Shown in pieces: positions 49,427 to 58,621 of a DNA stretch of 64,000 nucleotides. Numbering within the stretch: the stretch's first letter is position 1; each line of letters opens with the position of its first letter. A model generated the notes under the pieces. That model was not told where the DNA came from. It saw nothing but the letters and a program-made list of their open reading frames with translations, and ran no database searches. This DNA comes from an uncultured virus (IMG/VR IMGVR_UViG_3300027793_002658) (taxonomy: Duplodnaviria; Heunggongvirae; Uroviricota; Caudoviricetes), in IMG/VR virus record IMGVR_UViG_3300027793_002658, one strand, 5' to 3'. A program made the position numbers and the translations under genes.

Positions 49427-50136
49427 AGATTATTTTCTCTTTCTTTCATTAAATCACTATACTTCTTTTCTGGAGTATACACAGGATTTTTTTTGTAATT
49501 TTTAATCATATCAACCAATGTTTCATCGGGAACAATTGGAGTAGATGTTACATCAGTGCTGCCAAAACCACCTTCGCCACGTTGTGTTTTATCTAATGCA
49601 TCCACCAAATAAAACTCAGCATGTTCAACTTTGGTAATTTTCAATTGACAAATTTTGTCACCTTTCTTGTAGATCTTATCAAGATTAGGTTTTCCTGCAA
49701 CATATTGATACAAAGGCGCACCATCATTTGCAAGTTTAGTGTTAATCAGATAATCTTCTGGTTGCCAAATATATTTGAAACGTACAAGAATTTCGCCACG
49801 ATAATCCGCATCAATTAATCCAATACCATTTGCAAGTACAAGATTGTATTTGCTAACACTACTACGAGGCATAGCCAATACATCGTAATCAATATTTAAT
49901 GGACTTGATGTACCTCCAGTCCATACGTTATCTTTTTGAACAGCAATTCGAAGATTAGTTTTGTACTGAATGTAATCTATACTTTCATATACATTTTTTG
50001 ATTCTCCGTGTAGTTTACCTACTATTTCAGGATCACTAGTTGCAACAATATCATAACCAGTAGATCGTTCGGTTGCCGCGTCTGGCAACGCGGCAACATT
50101 ATTATATGTTTCGTTTTTTAATACTTCAATTTTCAT
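49423..50136 (-). CDS. dut: Trimeric dUTPase
   Basis: GYDI, PRSS, GLIDADYRGEI, ICQL and RGEGGFGST. Confidence 0.92.
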   Translation of the reverse strand: MKIEVLKNETYNNVAALPDAATERSTGYDIVATSDPEIVGKLHGESKNVYESIDYIQYKTNLRIAVQKDNVWTGGTSSPLNIDYDVLAMPRSSVSKYNLVLANGIGLIDADYRGEILVRFKYIWQPEDYLINTKLANDGAPLYQYVAGKPNLDKIYKKGDKICQLKITKVEHAEFYLVDALDKTQRGEGGFGSTDVTSTPIVPDETLVDMIKNYKKNPVYTPEKKYSDLMKERENNL

Positions 50137-50144
50137 GGATTGAT

Positions 50145-50173
50145 ATCCTATTGTATAAAAAATATCGTGTCAA
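50145..50173 (-). promoter_or_regulatory. Sigma70-like promoter, near-leaderless
   Basis: Minus-strand TTGACA-17-TAGGAT with the dut ATG 8 nt downstream. Confidence 0.6.
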
Positions 50174-50177
50174 TTTT

Positions 50178-51182
50178 TTATTGTGCGGTCTTAAATAGAG
50201 CCGTGATGTCAGCCTCAATTTTTGATTTGTCAAACGTAGGAATCGGGACACCAATTTTATTAAATGGTTGTTCCTGACCAATGAATCGTTCTGGCTTAAA
50301 TACATTAAATGCTGGTGGTGGAGTAAAATGATTAATAGTGTAATCCATTGCTTTGATAAATTGATTGCACATATTTTTGCTATTTAATCCACCTTCATTC
50401 ATAGCCCAACGACGGCCTTCTAATCCAGCTAATTTTCTTTTTTCTGAACCGGCAAGATACCAATACATAATTGCTTCGCCAGCATCTTCCCAAGTACAAA
50501 TATCATCGAAAATATAAGGCGTTGGCGGACTGCCTTGAATTGAACGAGAAGCAGGATACACTGGTTTTGCCCAAATGCCGTGTTTCTTGTATTTACCTGT
50601 ATTATTGGTTCCGAATTCAGCAGTAAATTCTACAGGATTTCCATTATCATCCAATTGACCGATTTGATCTTGCAATCCACCTGTTACATTTACAATAACT
50701 GGTGTGCCGCACATAATGCTTTCAGAAATACTCAAACCAAAGCCTTCATTACTGCTGATAAGAATAGTTACGTCTGCAATATTATACATTGCACACATAT
50801 CCTCTGGACTCATACGACTTTCGTCAATAATTACTTTGTAGTTTGGACACAATGCCTGAATGACGGCTGGTAGATCTGTTCCCGCATCTTGAATTGCTTC
50901 AGTGTGCAATACTAATACACATTTAGATGCTTGTTCCGGTGTTAAATTATCACAAAATGCTCTAAAAGCTAAAATAGTGTTACTTGTTTTTTTACGTTGA
51001 ACATTTCTACTATTGTGAAATAAAACAAAATTATATTGGTTTTCACCAAACAACATTTTCTTTTTATCACGAATACGTTTTTCATTTTCATCTAATGGTT
51101 TGAATGTATCACTATCAATACCATGAGGTACATAATGAAGCAAATGTTTGTCTACAACTTGATTATTTATTTTAAATGGCAT
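50178..51182 (-). CDS. GT4 glycosyltransferase, C-terminal part
   Basis: YVPHGID, SRNVQRK and NEGFGLSISESIMCG..TGGLQDQ; AGGAG upstream of the start. Confidence 0.85.
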   Translation of the reverse strand: MPFKINNQVVDKHLLHYVPHGIDSDTFKPLDENEKRIRDKKKMLFGENQYNFVLFHNSRNVQRKKTSNTILAFRAFCDNLTPEQASKCVLVLHTEAIQDAGTDLPAVIQALCPNYKVIIDESRMSPEDMCAMYNIADVTILISSNEGFGLSISESIMCGTPVIVNVTGGLQDQIGQLDDNGNPVEFTAEFGTNNTGKYKKHGIWAKPVYPASRSIQGSPPTPYIFDDICTWEDAGEAIMYWYLAGSEKRKLAGLEGRRWAMNEGGLNSKNMCNQFIKAMDYTINHFTPPPAFNVFKPERFIGQEQPFNKIGVPIPTFDKSKIEADITALFKTAQ

Positions 51183-51190
51183 AATACTCC

Positions 51191-51736
51191 TTAATATTTT
51201 ATTAAATTACCGTTATTGTCATAATATCCGTCTACTGCAATACAATTTTCTGGACGCAATACCCATTTATTGATGTTGTCGGTTTGCTTACTAATAGCAA
51301 ACAACGCATCGCAACTTTCATACGCCTGTTTATTCCACATTGGATATGGAAGATCGTCCCAAATATCCAAATAAGTCAATGGAATTTTTCTACGAATTTG
51401 GTTTTCAATTGCATACAGCCAACCCCAATAACGAGGATCAGTAAAGTGCATAACGGCATCTGGTTTTTCTGCCTCCATAACAGCAAAAAGCATATTTTCA
51501 TTACCATATCCATCGGTGGGATATAGTCGAACATATGCATCTTTAATTTTTAATTGATCATTGGTTGCTTGTGACAAATCTATAACTTTACCATTTTCAG
51601 GATGTTTGACCGCTCCTGCAATCTGCACCCAATTATAATGGTGTGCAGTACCCAAAATCAATTCACGACTCATAGTTGCAATACCACTATGCATGCGCAA
51701 ATCATCACTCAACAATAGAATTTTCTTTTTTTGCAT
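51191..51736 (-). CDS. GT4 glycosyltransferase, N-terminal part
   Basis: KILLLSDDLRMHSGIA, EKPDAV, FTDPR, IWDD and AISKQT. Confidence 0.8.
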   Translation of the reverse strand: MQKKKILLLSDDLRMHSGIATMSRELILGTAHHYNWVQIAGAVKHPENGKVIDLSQATNDQLKIKDAYVRLYPTDGYGNENMLFAVMEAEKPDAVMHFTDPRYWGWLYAIENQIRRKIPLTYLDIWDDLPYPMWNKQAYESCDALFAISKQTDNINKWVLRPENCIAVDGYYDNNGNLIKY

Positions 51737-51737
51737 A

Positions 51738-51977
51738 TTAAAGAACCTCCTTGTTAGTGGAGCCGGTAATATTTAGTACCGCAATTTGCGCCGGCTCGCT
51801 AAGTTGTGGAATGTTAAAATTGTAAATTTGAGTGCGAAATTTATCATCATTCAAATACAAATACATGCATCTATTAACTAAATCCTGTAAATAAAACTTG
51901 TTTTTTACATTCGTGATTTTAAAAGATTCATATAACTGTTTGTCTACCTTGACGGTAGTAATACTATTGCTTTTCAT
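51738..51977 (-). CDS. Small protein, possibly ribbon-helix-helix regulator
   Basis: TTVKVDKQLYESFK..LQDLVNRCMYLYL strand-helix-helix pattern. Confidence 0.5.
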   Translation of the reverse strand: MKSNSITTVKVDKQLYESFKITNVKNKFYLQDLVNRCMYLYLNDDKFRTQIYNFNIPQLSEPAQIAVLNITGSTNKEVL

Positions 51978-52039
51978 AAACGTAATACTGTATATCTACA
52001 TATACGTATATACGTATTTACGAATCTATTTATTTTATT

Positions 52040-52969
52040 TTAGAGAATTTCTTGCTCAATTTTATCTGCTTTACCATCACACGTTGATTTGTAATGGGCA
52101 CAATATTTGCAATTCTTTTTTGCTTTGCCGGGTATTTTTGGATAAGTGATGTCCATATTGTATGCGCCTTCGGGTGTAAAGCATTCCTGTACAAACTTGA
52201 TAAATCCACCTAAAGCATCAGAAATAGCTGCTTGTGTATGCGTTGGAGTAAATGTTTGAATGCGGCTTTGTGGAAAAGATACATTTTCATAAAGCTTACG
52301 CTTTAAAATAAAGAACTCTACTTCAATATCACTCAGACTTACATTAAACTTTTTGCTGTAAAAAGCTTTATACAGAAGAATCTGACTGTATTTTGCTTCA
52401 TCTTCTTTCATGTAATTATTCCAACCAACAGCGGCAGTCTTAAAATCGTAAATCTTATACTTGCCCGTTTCTTTATCTTTTAGCACAAGATCGATAAATG
52501 CGATAAAATTTACATTATGTAGTATTTCCATGTCCAGTGGAACTTCAACTCCTATAAATTCATATTTTTTACTTGGAAAGTATTTCATACGATTGGCCGT
52601 GTTTAGAATTGTTCTAATAATATTGGCACCATCGTCAATAAATTCCGCTAGTTCTTCTTCAGTGGGAACATACTTGTCTTTTTCCTTTTCCAATTCTTGG
52701 TGCAATTTATCTTTGAATAATTGAAAAACGTTCAATTCACCTGCTTCAGCTACTCCTTTGGTATACAAAGTTTCAATATAGGTTTGAATTGCATGATGCA
52801 TTGCAGTTCCAAAGAAAATGCTAAGATTGAAATCTGTTTTTCGCATTCCTTTAGCATAGTTCAAATACCAACTGTGGGGACATTTGAACCACATACTATA
52901 TTGTGAAAAACTTACCTTTTTCTTTTTTACTTCAGTGATTTCTTGTGTTTGTTTTGTTTCATCAGACAT
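52040..52969 (-). CDS. PD-(D/E)xK nuclease (RecB/Cas4-like)
   Basis: SFSQ..CP, FGTAMH, VE, FIDLV..IYDFKT, QILLY and NCKYC..C. Confidence 0.85.
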   Translation of the reverse strand: MSDETKQTQEITEVKKKKVSFSQYSMWFKCPHSWYLNYAKGMRKTDFNLSIFFGTAMHHAIQTYIETLYTKGVAEAGELNVFQLFKDKLHQELEKEKDKYVPTEEELAEFIDDGANIIRTILNTANRMKYFPSKKYEFIGVEVPLDMEILHNVNFIAFIDLVLKDKETGKYKIYDFKTAAVGWNNYMKEDEAKYSQILLYKAFYSKKFNVSLSDIEVEFFILKRKLYENVSFPQSRIQTFTPTHTQAAISDALGGFIKFVQECFTPEGAYNMDITYPKIPGKAKKNCKYCAHYKSTCDGKADKIEQEIL

Positions 52970-52976
52970 ATGTATA

Positions 52977-53005
52977 ACCATACAGCAGAAAACTCGCTGT
53001 GTCTA
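52977..53005 (-). promoter_or_regulatory. Sigma70-like promoter, probably leaderless
   Basis: Minus-strand TAGACA-17-TATGGT with the ATG (52969) 7 nt downstream. Confidence 0.55.
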
Positions 53006-53011
53006 GTTATT

Positions 53012-53770
53012 ATGAAACACGCCTTTATTTTATTTTTATTGACATTTTGTTTGTCTGTTGCAGCATTGGCAGACGGAAAATTTTATGTTGTATCAAGCAC
53101 AACAAGTACTTTGGACAACATTACAAATAATAAATTAACAACATCAGCATTGGTTGTAAAACAAACGTATGATTGTAAAGATGCGATTTATACAATTTCA
53201 AATACAAACAATGAGAGTATAGTAGCTTTTAGTACAGATGTAATCGTTAAATTGAATGACAATAGTAAACTTAGTATAGATTCATTTGATCAATCATTTA
53301 ACAATATAAATGAATTGCCGGATATTGCAACGTATACTACATCAAATTTAAATTTAAGCTTATTTGGATCTGCTCAAGTGAATGTAAAATCGGAATTTAC
53401 TGAAGAAAATCCAATGATTGTTTCTACTTCGATGGCAAGTATTGTAATTAAAAGTGGCAAATTTATAATTCGAAGCGAAGAAAAAAGTTTATTATTTATT
53501 GTCTTGGAAGGAGAAGCAACTGTAATGGATAGTATTAGCAAGTATACTCAGGTTGTAAAAGAAAAAAATATGTTGGTTGTGATTCCTGCACCAAAATTAC
53601 AAGGCCGCACAGCGGAACATATGAAAAAACAAAATATGTTTAGCCTTAAATCATTGGATGATACAGATAATAAAGAATTGAGTGCAGAATTGACAACATT
53701 AAATGAAATACAATCAAATATTAAATTTATCGTTGTTAACAAAGATGTAGTTGGTGTTAAAATACGTTGA
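53012..53770 (+). CDS. Signal-peptide protein with FecR-like domain
   Basis: MKHAFILFLLTFCLSVAALA signal peptide; VKLNDNSKLSI, IVSTSMASIVIKSGKF and VLEGEATV. Confidence 0.6.
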   Translation: MKHAFILFLLTFCLSVAALADGKFYVVSSTTSTLDNITNNKLTTSALVVKQTYDCKDAIYTISNTNNESIVAFSTDVIVKLNDNSKLSIDSFDQSFNNINELPDIATYTTSNLNLSLFGSAQVNVKSEFTEENPMIVSTSMASIVIKSGKFIIRSEEKSLLFIVLEGEATVMDSISKYTQVVKEKNMLVVIPAPKLQGRTAEHMKKQNMFSLKSLDDTDNKELSAELTTLNEIQSNIKFIVVNKDVVGVKIR

Positions 53771-53795
53771 CTACTTTCCTTTTCTGTGGTAGTTT
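53767..53795 (+). promoter_or_regulatory. Sigma70-like promoter, probably leaderless
   Basis: TTGACT-17-TAGTTT with extended TG; ATG 6 nt downstream. Confidence 0.55.
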
Positions 53796-53801
53796 GATAG
53801 C

Positions 53802-54113
53802 ATGAGATTGGAAGAATTCAAGTCACTGACAGAAGACGAAATCGAAATGTTGTGGTATGCCGTCAACAAAACTACTCCACCTGTATTGGCTGGTGTGGAA
53901 TTGGAGCCATCTGTATTTTGCGCCATCAAACCACATGCTATTCGATCTAGAGTGGATCAAATTGAATTGGCTGTTAAAGACGAATATAAGTCGATTTATG
54001 AGTCGTTGCGACAAAAATTAAATATGGCACCAATTGTTCCCCCGGTTCCACCCGTTTCGTCGTCTGTCGAGACCCCGAACGACACTCCCAATCCTGATTC
54101 AACGTCGGTGTAA
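53802..54113 (+). CDS. Hypothetical protein with Pro-rich tail
   Basis: 103 aa ORF preceding the family B polymerase. Confidence 0.65.
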   Translation: MRLEEFKSLTEDEIEMLWYAVNKTTPPVLAGVELEPSVFCAIKPHAIRSRVDQIELAVKDEYKSIYESLRQKLNMAPIVPPVPPVSSSVETPNDTPNPDSTSV

Positions 54114-54122
54114 TATACAATT

Positions 54123-56654
54123 ATGTATCAAAATATATTCGTAGATAAAAAAACAAACACTGTTCATCTATGGGATGATGAAGGTGGTTATCAAAATATA
54201 CCTTTTCAAAACTATGCATTTCGTAAGCGTCCCGGTGGACGTTATCGTAGTATTTATGGTGACGAACTAGAACGAGTCACATTTTTTAATCCTAGAGATC
54301 CATCACTTTTTGGCTCGGATATTCCAATTGAAACCAAAATTTTAATTGACTTGTACGAGTCCAGTGATGATGTATCCAAAGGACATCGTATTGGTTGCAT
54401 CGATATTGAAACGGACAGCGAAGGTGGGTTTCCAACCGTTGAAAAGGGCGATAAAGAAATCACTGCAATTGCATTATATGATTATGTAGGCGGCAAATAT
54501 ATTGCATTTCTACTTGATAAAGACAATCGGGTAAAAACCAATTCTATTGATGGTATAGAAATTATTTCTAGTGACAACGAATATAATCTATTGAGCAAGT
54601 TCCTAAACAAATGGAATGAACTCGGATTTACCATTGTTACAGGTTGGAATATTGATGGATTTGATATGCCTTATCTGTATAATCGTATTACGAATGTAAT
54701 GGGAAAAGAGCATTCAAAGCGATTGAGTCCCATTGATATTTGTTATATCAACGATTGGAGCAAACGGTTGGTGATAGCGGGTATTAGTTGTTTGGATTAT
54801 CTTGAATTGTTCAAGAAATATTCAGACAAGCGTGAACCTTCGTATGCACTTGATCCAATTGGCCGCAAATTTGTCGGTATTGGTAAGGTGGAATTTGAAG
54901 GAAGTCTTGATCATTTGTATAAGACTGATTTGGAAAAGTATATTCGTTACAATATCAACGACGTAAAAATTGTTGTTGAGATTGATAAACTCAAACAATA
55001 TATTGAATTGGCCCGTAAAATTTGTCACACAGGTCATGTTCCATATGAAAACTTTGCATGGAGCAGTCGATACCTAGAAGGTGCAATATTGACATATTTG
55101 CGCCGTAATGGTGGTCTTATTGCTCCAAATAAACCAATGGAGGGCAAGGAAGAATATGAGCAGCGTTTGGAAGCTAACGAAGAAGGATTTGAAGGTGCAT
55201 ATGTGAAAGATCCAATTCCGGGTCGGTACGAATATGTATTTGACTTGGACTTGACCAGTATGTATCCAAAAATCATGATTAGTCTCAATATTAGTCCAGA
55301 AACGAAAGTTGGTAAGATTGATAGTTGGGATGTAGAAGCGTATCTTTCCGGCAAACTTGAAAAAGTATTTATTGCGGGCAATCCATATACTATGGATGAA
55401 TTTCATAAATTGTTGACTCAGCAAAACTTGAGTGTTTCGAGCAACGGTTGCTTGTACAAATTGGATAAGAAAGGTGTTATTCCATCGATTCTATCCAAGT
55501 GGTTTGATGAACGTGTTGAGATGCGTAAATTGGAAAAGAAGTATGCTAAAGAAAACAACAAAGAAATGTATCAATTTTATAATCAACGTCAGTTGGTACA
55601 AAAGATTATGTTGAACAGTGCTTATGGTGTGCTTGGATTGCCAATTTTTAGATTTTACGATAAAGACAATGCAGAAGCTGTTACGAAGAGTGGTGTAACC
55701 ATTATTCAAACGGCAGGTAAAGCAATCAATCAATATTATCAGGATATTCTAAAAGATGACGGTGATTATGTCATCTACACTGATACAGACAGTTGCTTTG
55801 CAAGCGCATTGCCTATTATTGAACGAACCATGCCAGAAATTGATGTTAACAACGAAGAGTTAATGATCAAAACAACATTGAAAATTTGTTCAGAGGTACA
55901 GACGTTTGTTAATAAAATCTTTGATGTAATGGCACAACGAGCCTTTCATTTGAAACATCATGAATTTGAAGCAAAACAAGAAGTTATTGCCAAGAGTTCA
56001 TTTTGGCTGGCTAAGAAACGTTATACACAGTTCATTATTAATAAAAATGGTGTTGAATGTGATGAACTAGAAATCAAAGGTATCGACGTAGTTCGTACAA
56101 GTTTTCCAATTCGATTCAGAAAATTTATGAATGACTTTTTGATTGACATTCTTAAAAAGACTGACATGAAGATCATCAATCAGAAAATTTATGAGTTTGA
56201 ATTGACATTGAACGACGTGCCGATCATTGAACTTGCAAAAAACACAAGTATCAAGTTTGTAAGTATGGATAAAGGTAAAAATTATGATCCTAATAATCGT
56301 GTACCTTTTAATTTTATATTGGGTACTCCTGCTCAAGTAAAAGCTGGTCTTGCTTACAATGATTTGCTTGAGTTTTGGAAACTTGACACTAAATATCCAA
56401 AACTGATGCATGGACAAAAAATCAAGTGGGTGTATTTAATTGAGAATGACTATGGTATTGATGCATTGGCTATGAAAGCTGACGGCACCGATCCTAAAGA
56501 AATTCTTGATTTTATTGAGAAATACATTGATCGTAAATTGATGTATCAAAAAGAACTCAAAAGCAAATTAGAAGACTTTTACAACGTATTGAAGTGGAAT
56601 TATCCAGATCAATACAGCATGAACACAATGAATATTATATTTGATTGTGAGTAA
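54123..56654 (+). CDS. Family B DNA polymerase (T4 gp43-like)
   Basis: DIET, GWNIDGFD and YNINDV exonuclease motifs; DLTSMYP, KIMLNSAYG, YTDTDS and KKRY. Confidence 0.96.
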   Translation: MYQNIFVDKKTNTVHLWDDEGGYQNIPFQNYAFRKRPGGRYRSIYGDELERVTFFNPRDPSLFGSDIPIETKILIDLYESSDDVSKGHRIGCIDIETDSEGGFPTVEKGDKEITAIALYDYVGGKYIAFLLDKDNRVKTNSIDGIEIISSDNEYNLLSKFLNKWNELGFTIVTGWNIDGFDMPYLYNRITNVMGKEHSKRLSPIDICYINDWSKRLVIAGISCLDYLELFKKYSDKREPSYALDPIGRKFVGIGKVEFEGSLDHLYKTDLEKYIRYNINDVKIVVEIDKLKQYIELARKICHTGHVPYENFAWSSRYLEGAILTYLRRNGGLIAPNKPMEGKEEYEQRLEANEEGFEGAYVKDPIPGRYEYVFDLDLTSMYPKIMISLNISPETKVGKIDSWDVEAYLSGKLEKVFIAGNPYTMDEFHKLLTQQNLSVSSNGCLYKLDKKGVIPSILSKWFDERVEMRKLEKKYAKENNKEMYQFYNQRQLVQKIMLNSAYGVLGLPIFRFYDKDNAEAVTKSGVTIIQTAGKAINQYYQDILKDDGDYVIYTDTDSCFASALPIIERTMPEIDVNNEELMIKTTLKICSEVQTFVNKIFDVMAQRAFHLKHHEFEAKQEVIAKSSFWLAKKRYTQFIINKNGVECDELEIKGIDVVRTSFPIRFRKFMNDFLIDILKKTDMKIINQKIYEFELTLNDVPIIELAKNTSIKFVSMDKGKNYDPNNRVPFNFILGTPAQVKAGLAYNDLLEFWKLDTKYPKLMHGQKIKWVYLIENDYGIDALAMKADGTDPKEILDFIEKYIDRKLMYQKELKSKLEDFYNVLKWNYPDQYSMNTMNIIFDCE

Positions 56655-56660
56655 ATAAAC

Positions 56661-56723
56661 TGGACAACCTACAACTGCTCGGCTATAGTGTGGCGTAACT
56701 TATAACCGAGCAGTTTTTCTTTT
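56661..56723 (+). promoter_or_regulatory. Sigma70-like promoter overlapping a terminator-like hairpin
   Basis: TGGACA-17-TATAGT; inverted repeat AACTGCTCGGCTATA/TATAACCGAGCAGTT followed by a T-tract. Confidence 0.55.
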
Positions 56724-57494
56724 ATGATTAAATCTACATTAGAATCGATGATTAAGAAGTATTATCTTGCAAATTTTATGGAAACTTCAATTTGGAAGGT
56801 ACTGAATGATAAAAAGCAGCTACGAATGGCAGCGTGTACTCCAAATTATGTACTGAGCGTAGTAGTTGAACTAAATAATTTTGAAGAAATTCCAACAACC
56901 GAGTTTGCAGTAAATGATACCACCAAGCTATTGAAGATGTTGAATGCACTGGATGCGGATATCAAATTGTCCGTCAAACAAGACAACAATGGCAAAATTT
57001 ACAATATTGTAGTAAATTCTGGTAATATTGAGATGGAATATGTAACCGCTGATATTAATGTATTGCGAGCAAATGAAGTGGTAAAGACCATCAAGAAGGT
57101 CAATGAACCTCCGTTTGAAGTAGAAATCGTGCTTGATAGAGACTTTATTGACACTTATATTGCTAGTACAACTGCATTGTCCGATAGCGAGAATGTAGTA
57201 TTTCAAATGAACAAGGATAATAAACTTGAAATGGTATTCGGCCATATTCAAGGTGCAAACAAGTCATTAAACACTTCAAAAATTAAATATTTGCCTAAAA
57301 CTGCAAATGGGAAAGATACACTTCCATCGTCACTTGGTTTTAGTTCTGAGTATTTGAAGCAAATTTTGGTAGCAAATAAAGATGCTACCGATACAATTCT
57401 CAAATTGGGTGTTACTAAGCCTATGGCAACTGCTCAATTTACAAGCGGCGACATCATTGCAACCTATCACGTAACCGGTCTTACTGTTAAATAA
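56724..57494 (+). CDS. Sliding clamp (T4 gp45/PCNA-like)
   Basis: 256 aa, EFAVNDTTKLLKML; lies between the polymerase and clamp loader genes. Confidence 0.7.
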   Translation: MIKSTLESMIKKYYLANFMETSIWKVLNDKKQLRMAACTPNYVLSVVVELNNFEEIPTTEFAVNDTTKLLKMLNALDADIKLSVKQDNNGKIYNIVVNSGNIEMEYVTADINVLRANEVVKTIKKVNEPPFEVEIVLDRDFIDTYIASTTALSDSENVVFQMNKDNKLEMVFGHIQGANKSLNTSKIKYLPKTANGKDTLPSSLGFSSEYLKQILVANKDATDTILKLGVTKPMATAQFTSGDIIATYHVTGLTVK

Positions 57495-57497
57495 TAT

Positions 57498-58424
57498 ATG
57501 ACTACACAAGAACATCATACTATCTGGCCTGAAAAATATCGTCCTTCATCTTTGGATGAATATGTAAGTAATCCAAATTTGATTGCTACAATTCGTAAAT
57601 TTATTGATTCAAAGAACATCCCACATCTGTTATTTCATGGCACTGCGGGAACCGGCAAGACAACCTTGGCAAAGCTGATTATCAAGAATGTTGAGTGCGA
57701 TGCAATGTATATTAACGCATCGGACGAAAACAATGTTGATAACGTTCGTACAAAAATTAAAGATTTTGCCTCAAATGTTGGATTTTCTGAATTGAAGATC
57801 ATTATTTTGGACGAAGCAGATTATCTCACACACAATTCACAGGCGGCATTACGTAACATTATGGAGACGTATGCATTGACTACACGATTCATTCTAACCT
57901 GTAACTATATTGAAAAGATTAGTGAGCCATTGTATTCACGTTGTCAGTGTTTTGAAATTAGTCCTCTGCAAAAGAAAGATGTGGCAATCCATCTAAAAAA
58001 TGTGTTGCATGCCGAAAACATACAGCACACAATGGAAGATTTGGGTTATATTGTTAACACATATTATCCTGATATTCGTAAAGTGTTAAATTTTGCACAA
58101 CAGAGCGTGTTGAATGGTGAGATTAAAATCGCAGAATTAAATTCGTCTTCATACAATACTAAAAATCAGCTTGTTGAGATTTTGAAGTCGGAATCCAACG
58201 CTGCCACCGGATTCAATAAAATTAGACAGTTGATTGCAGATAGTGGTATTCGTCACTATGAAGAATTGTATCAAACTTTATTTGATCGTGTTGATGATTA
58301 TGCACCAAAACAGCAATCGGCAGCGATTTTGGTTGTGGCAGAGTATTTGTATCAAAGCAGCATGATTGTGAATAAAGAAATTGCCTTCATGGCGTGTATT
58401 GCAAAACTTCTAGAAATACTATGA
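57498..58424 (+). CDS. Clamp loader AAA+ subunit (gp44 / RFC small subunit)
   Basis: EKYRP, GTAGTGKT, INASD, LDEAD and SRC. Confidence 0.93.
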   Translation: MTTQEHHTIWPEKYRPSSLDEYVSNPNLIATIRKFIDSKNIPHLLFHGTAGTGKTTLAKLIIKNVECDAMYINASDENNVDNVRTKIKDFASNVGFSELKIIILDEADYLTHNSQAALRNIMETYALTTRFILTCNYIEKISEPLYSRCQCFEISPLQKKDVAIHLKNVLHAENIQHTMEDLGYIVNTYYPDIRKVLNFAQQSVLNGEIKIAELNSSSYNTKNQLVEILKSESNAATGFNKIRQLIADSGIRHYEELYQTLFDRVDDYAPKQQSAAILVVAEYLYQSSMIVNKEIAFMACIAKLLEIL

Positions 58425-58621
58425 AAATGGATAAAAAACTAACTGAGATAGTATCGTATTTTTCAAAATACGCATGGTATGATAATGCATACGCTACCAC
58501 ATATAAAAATGAATATGTAATCATCGTAAAAAAATATCCTTATAGCGACGATCACTTATTCAGTGAATACGAAAAAAATAAAAAAGTTAGAATTAGAACA
58601 CACGTATTGGGAGGAAAATGA
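58421..58621 (+). CDS. Small hypothetical protein
   Basis: ATG at 58421 overlaps the upstream stop. Confidence 0.55.
   Translation: MKMDKKLTEIVSYFSKYAWYDNAYATTYKNEYVIIVKKYPYSDDHLFSEYEKNKKVRIRTHVLGGK

Noticed and set aside
32109..51977. Glycan cluster as a chimeric bacterial LPS locus
   Set aside because: It is interleaved with phage-type genes (dut, paralogous GT4s), shares the same promoter style, abuts phage genes with overlapping ends, and lacks export genes.
52040..52969. Cas4-like nuclease as part of a CRISPR-Cas system
   Set aside because: No repeat-spacer array or other cas genes were seen; solo PD-(D/E)xK nucleases are common in phages.
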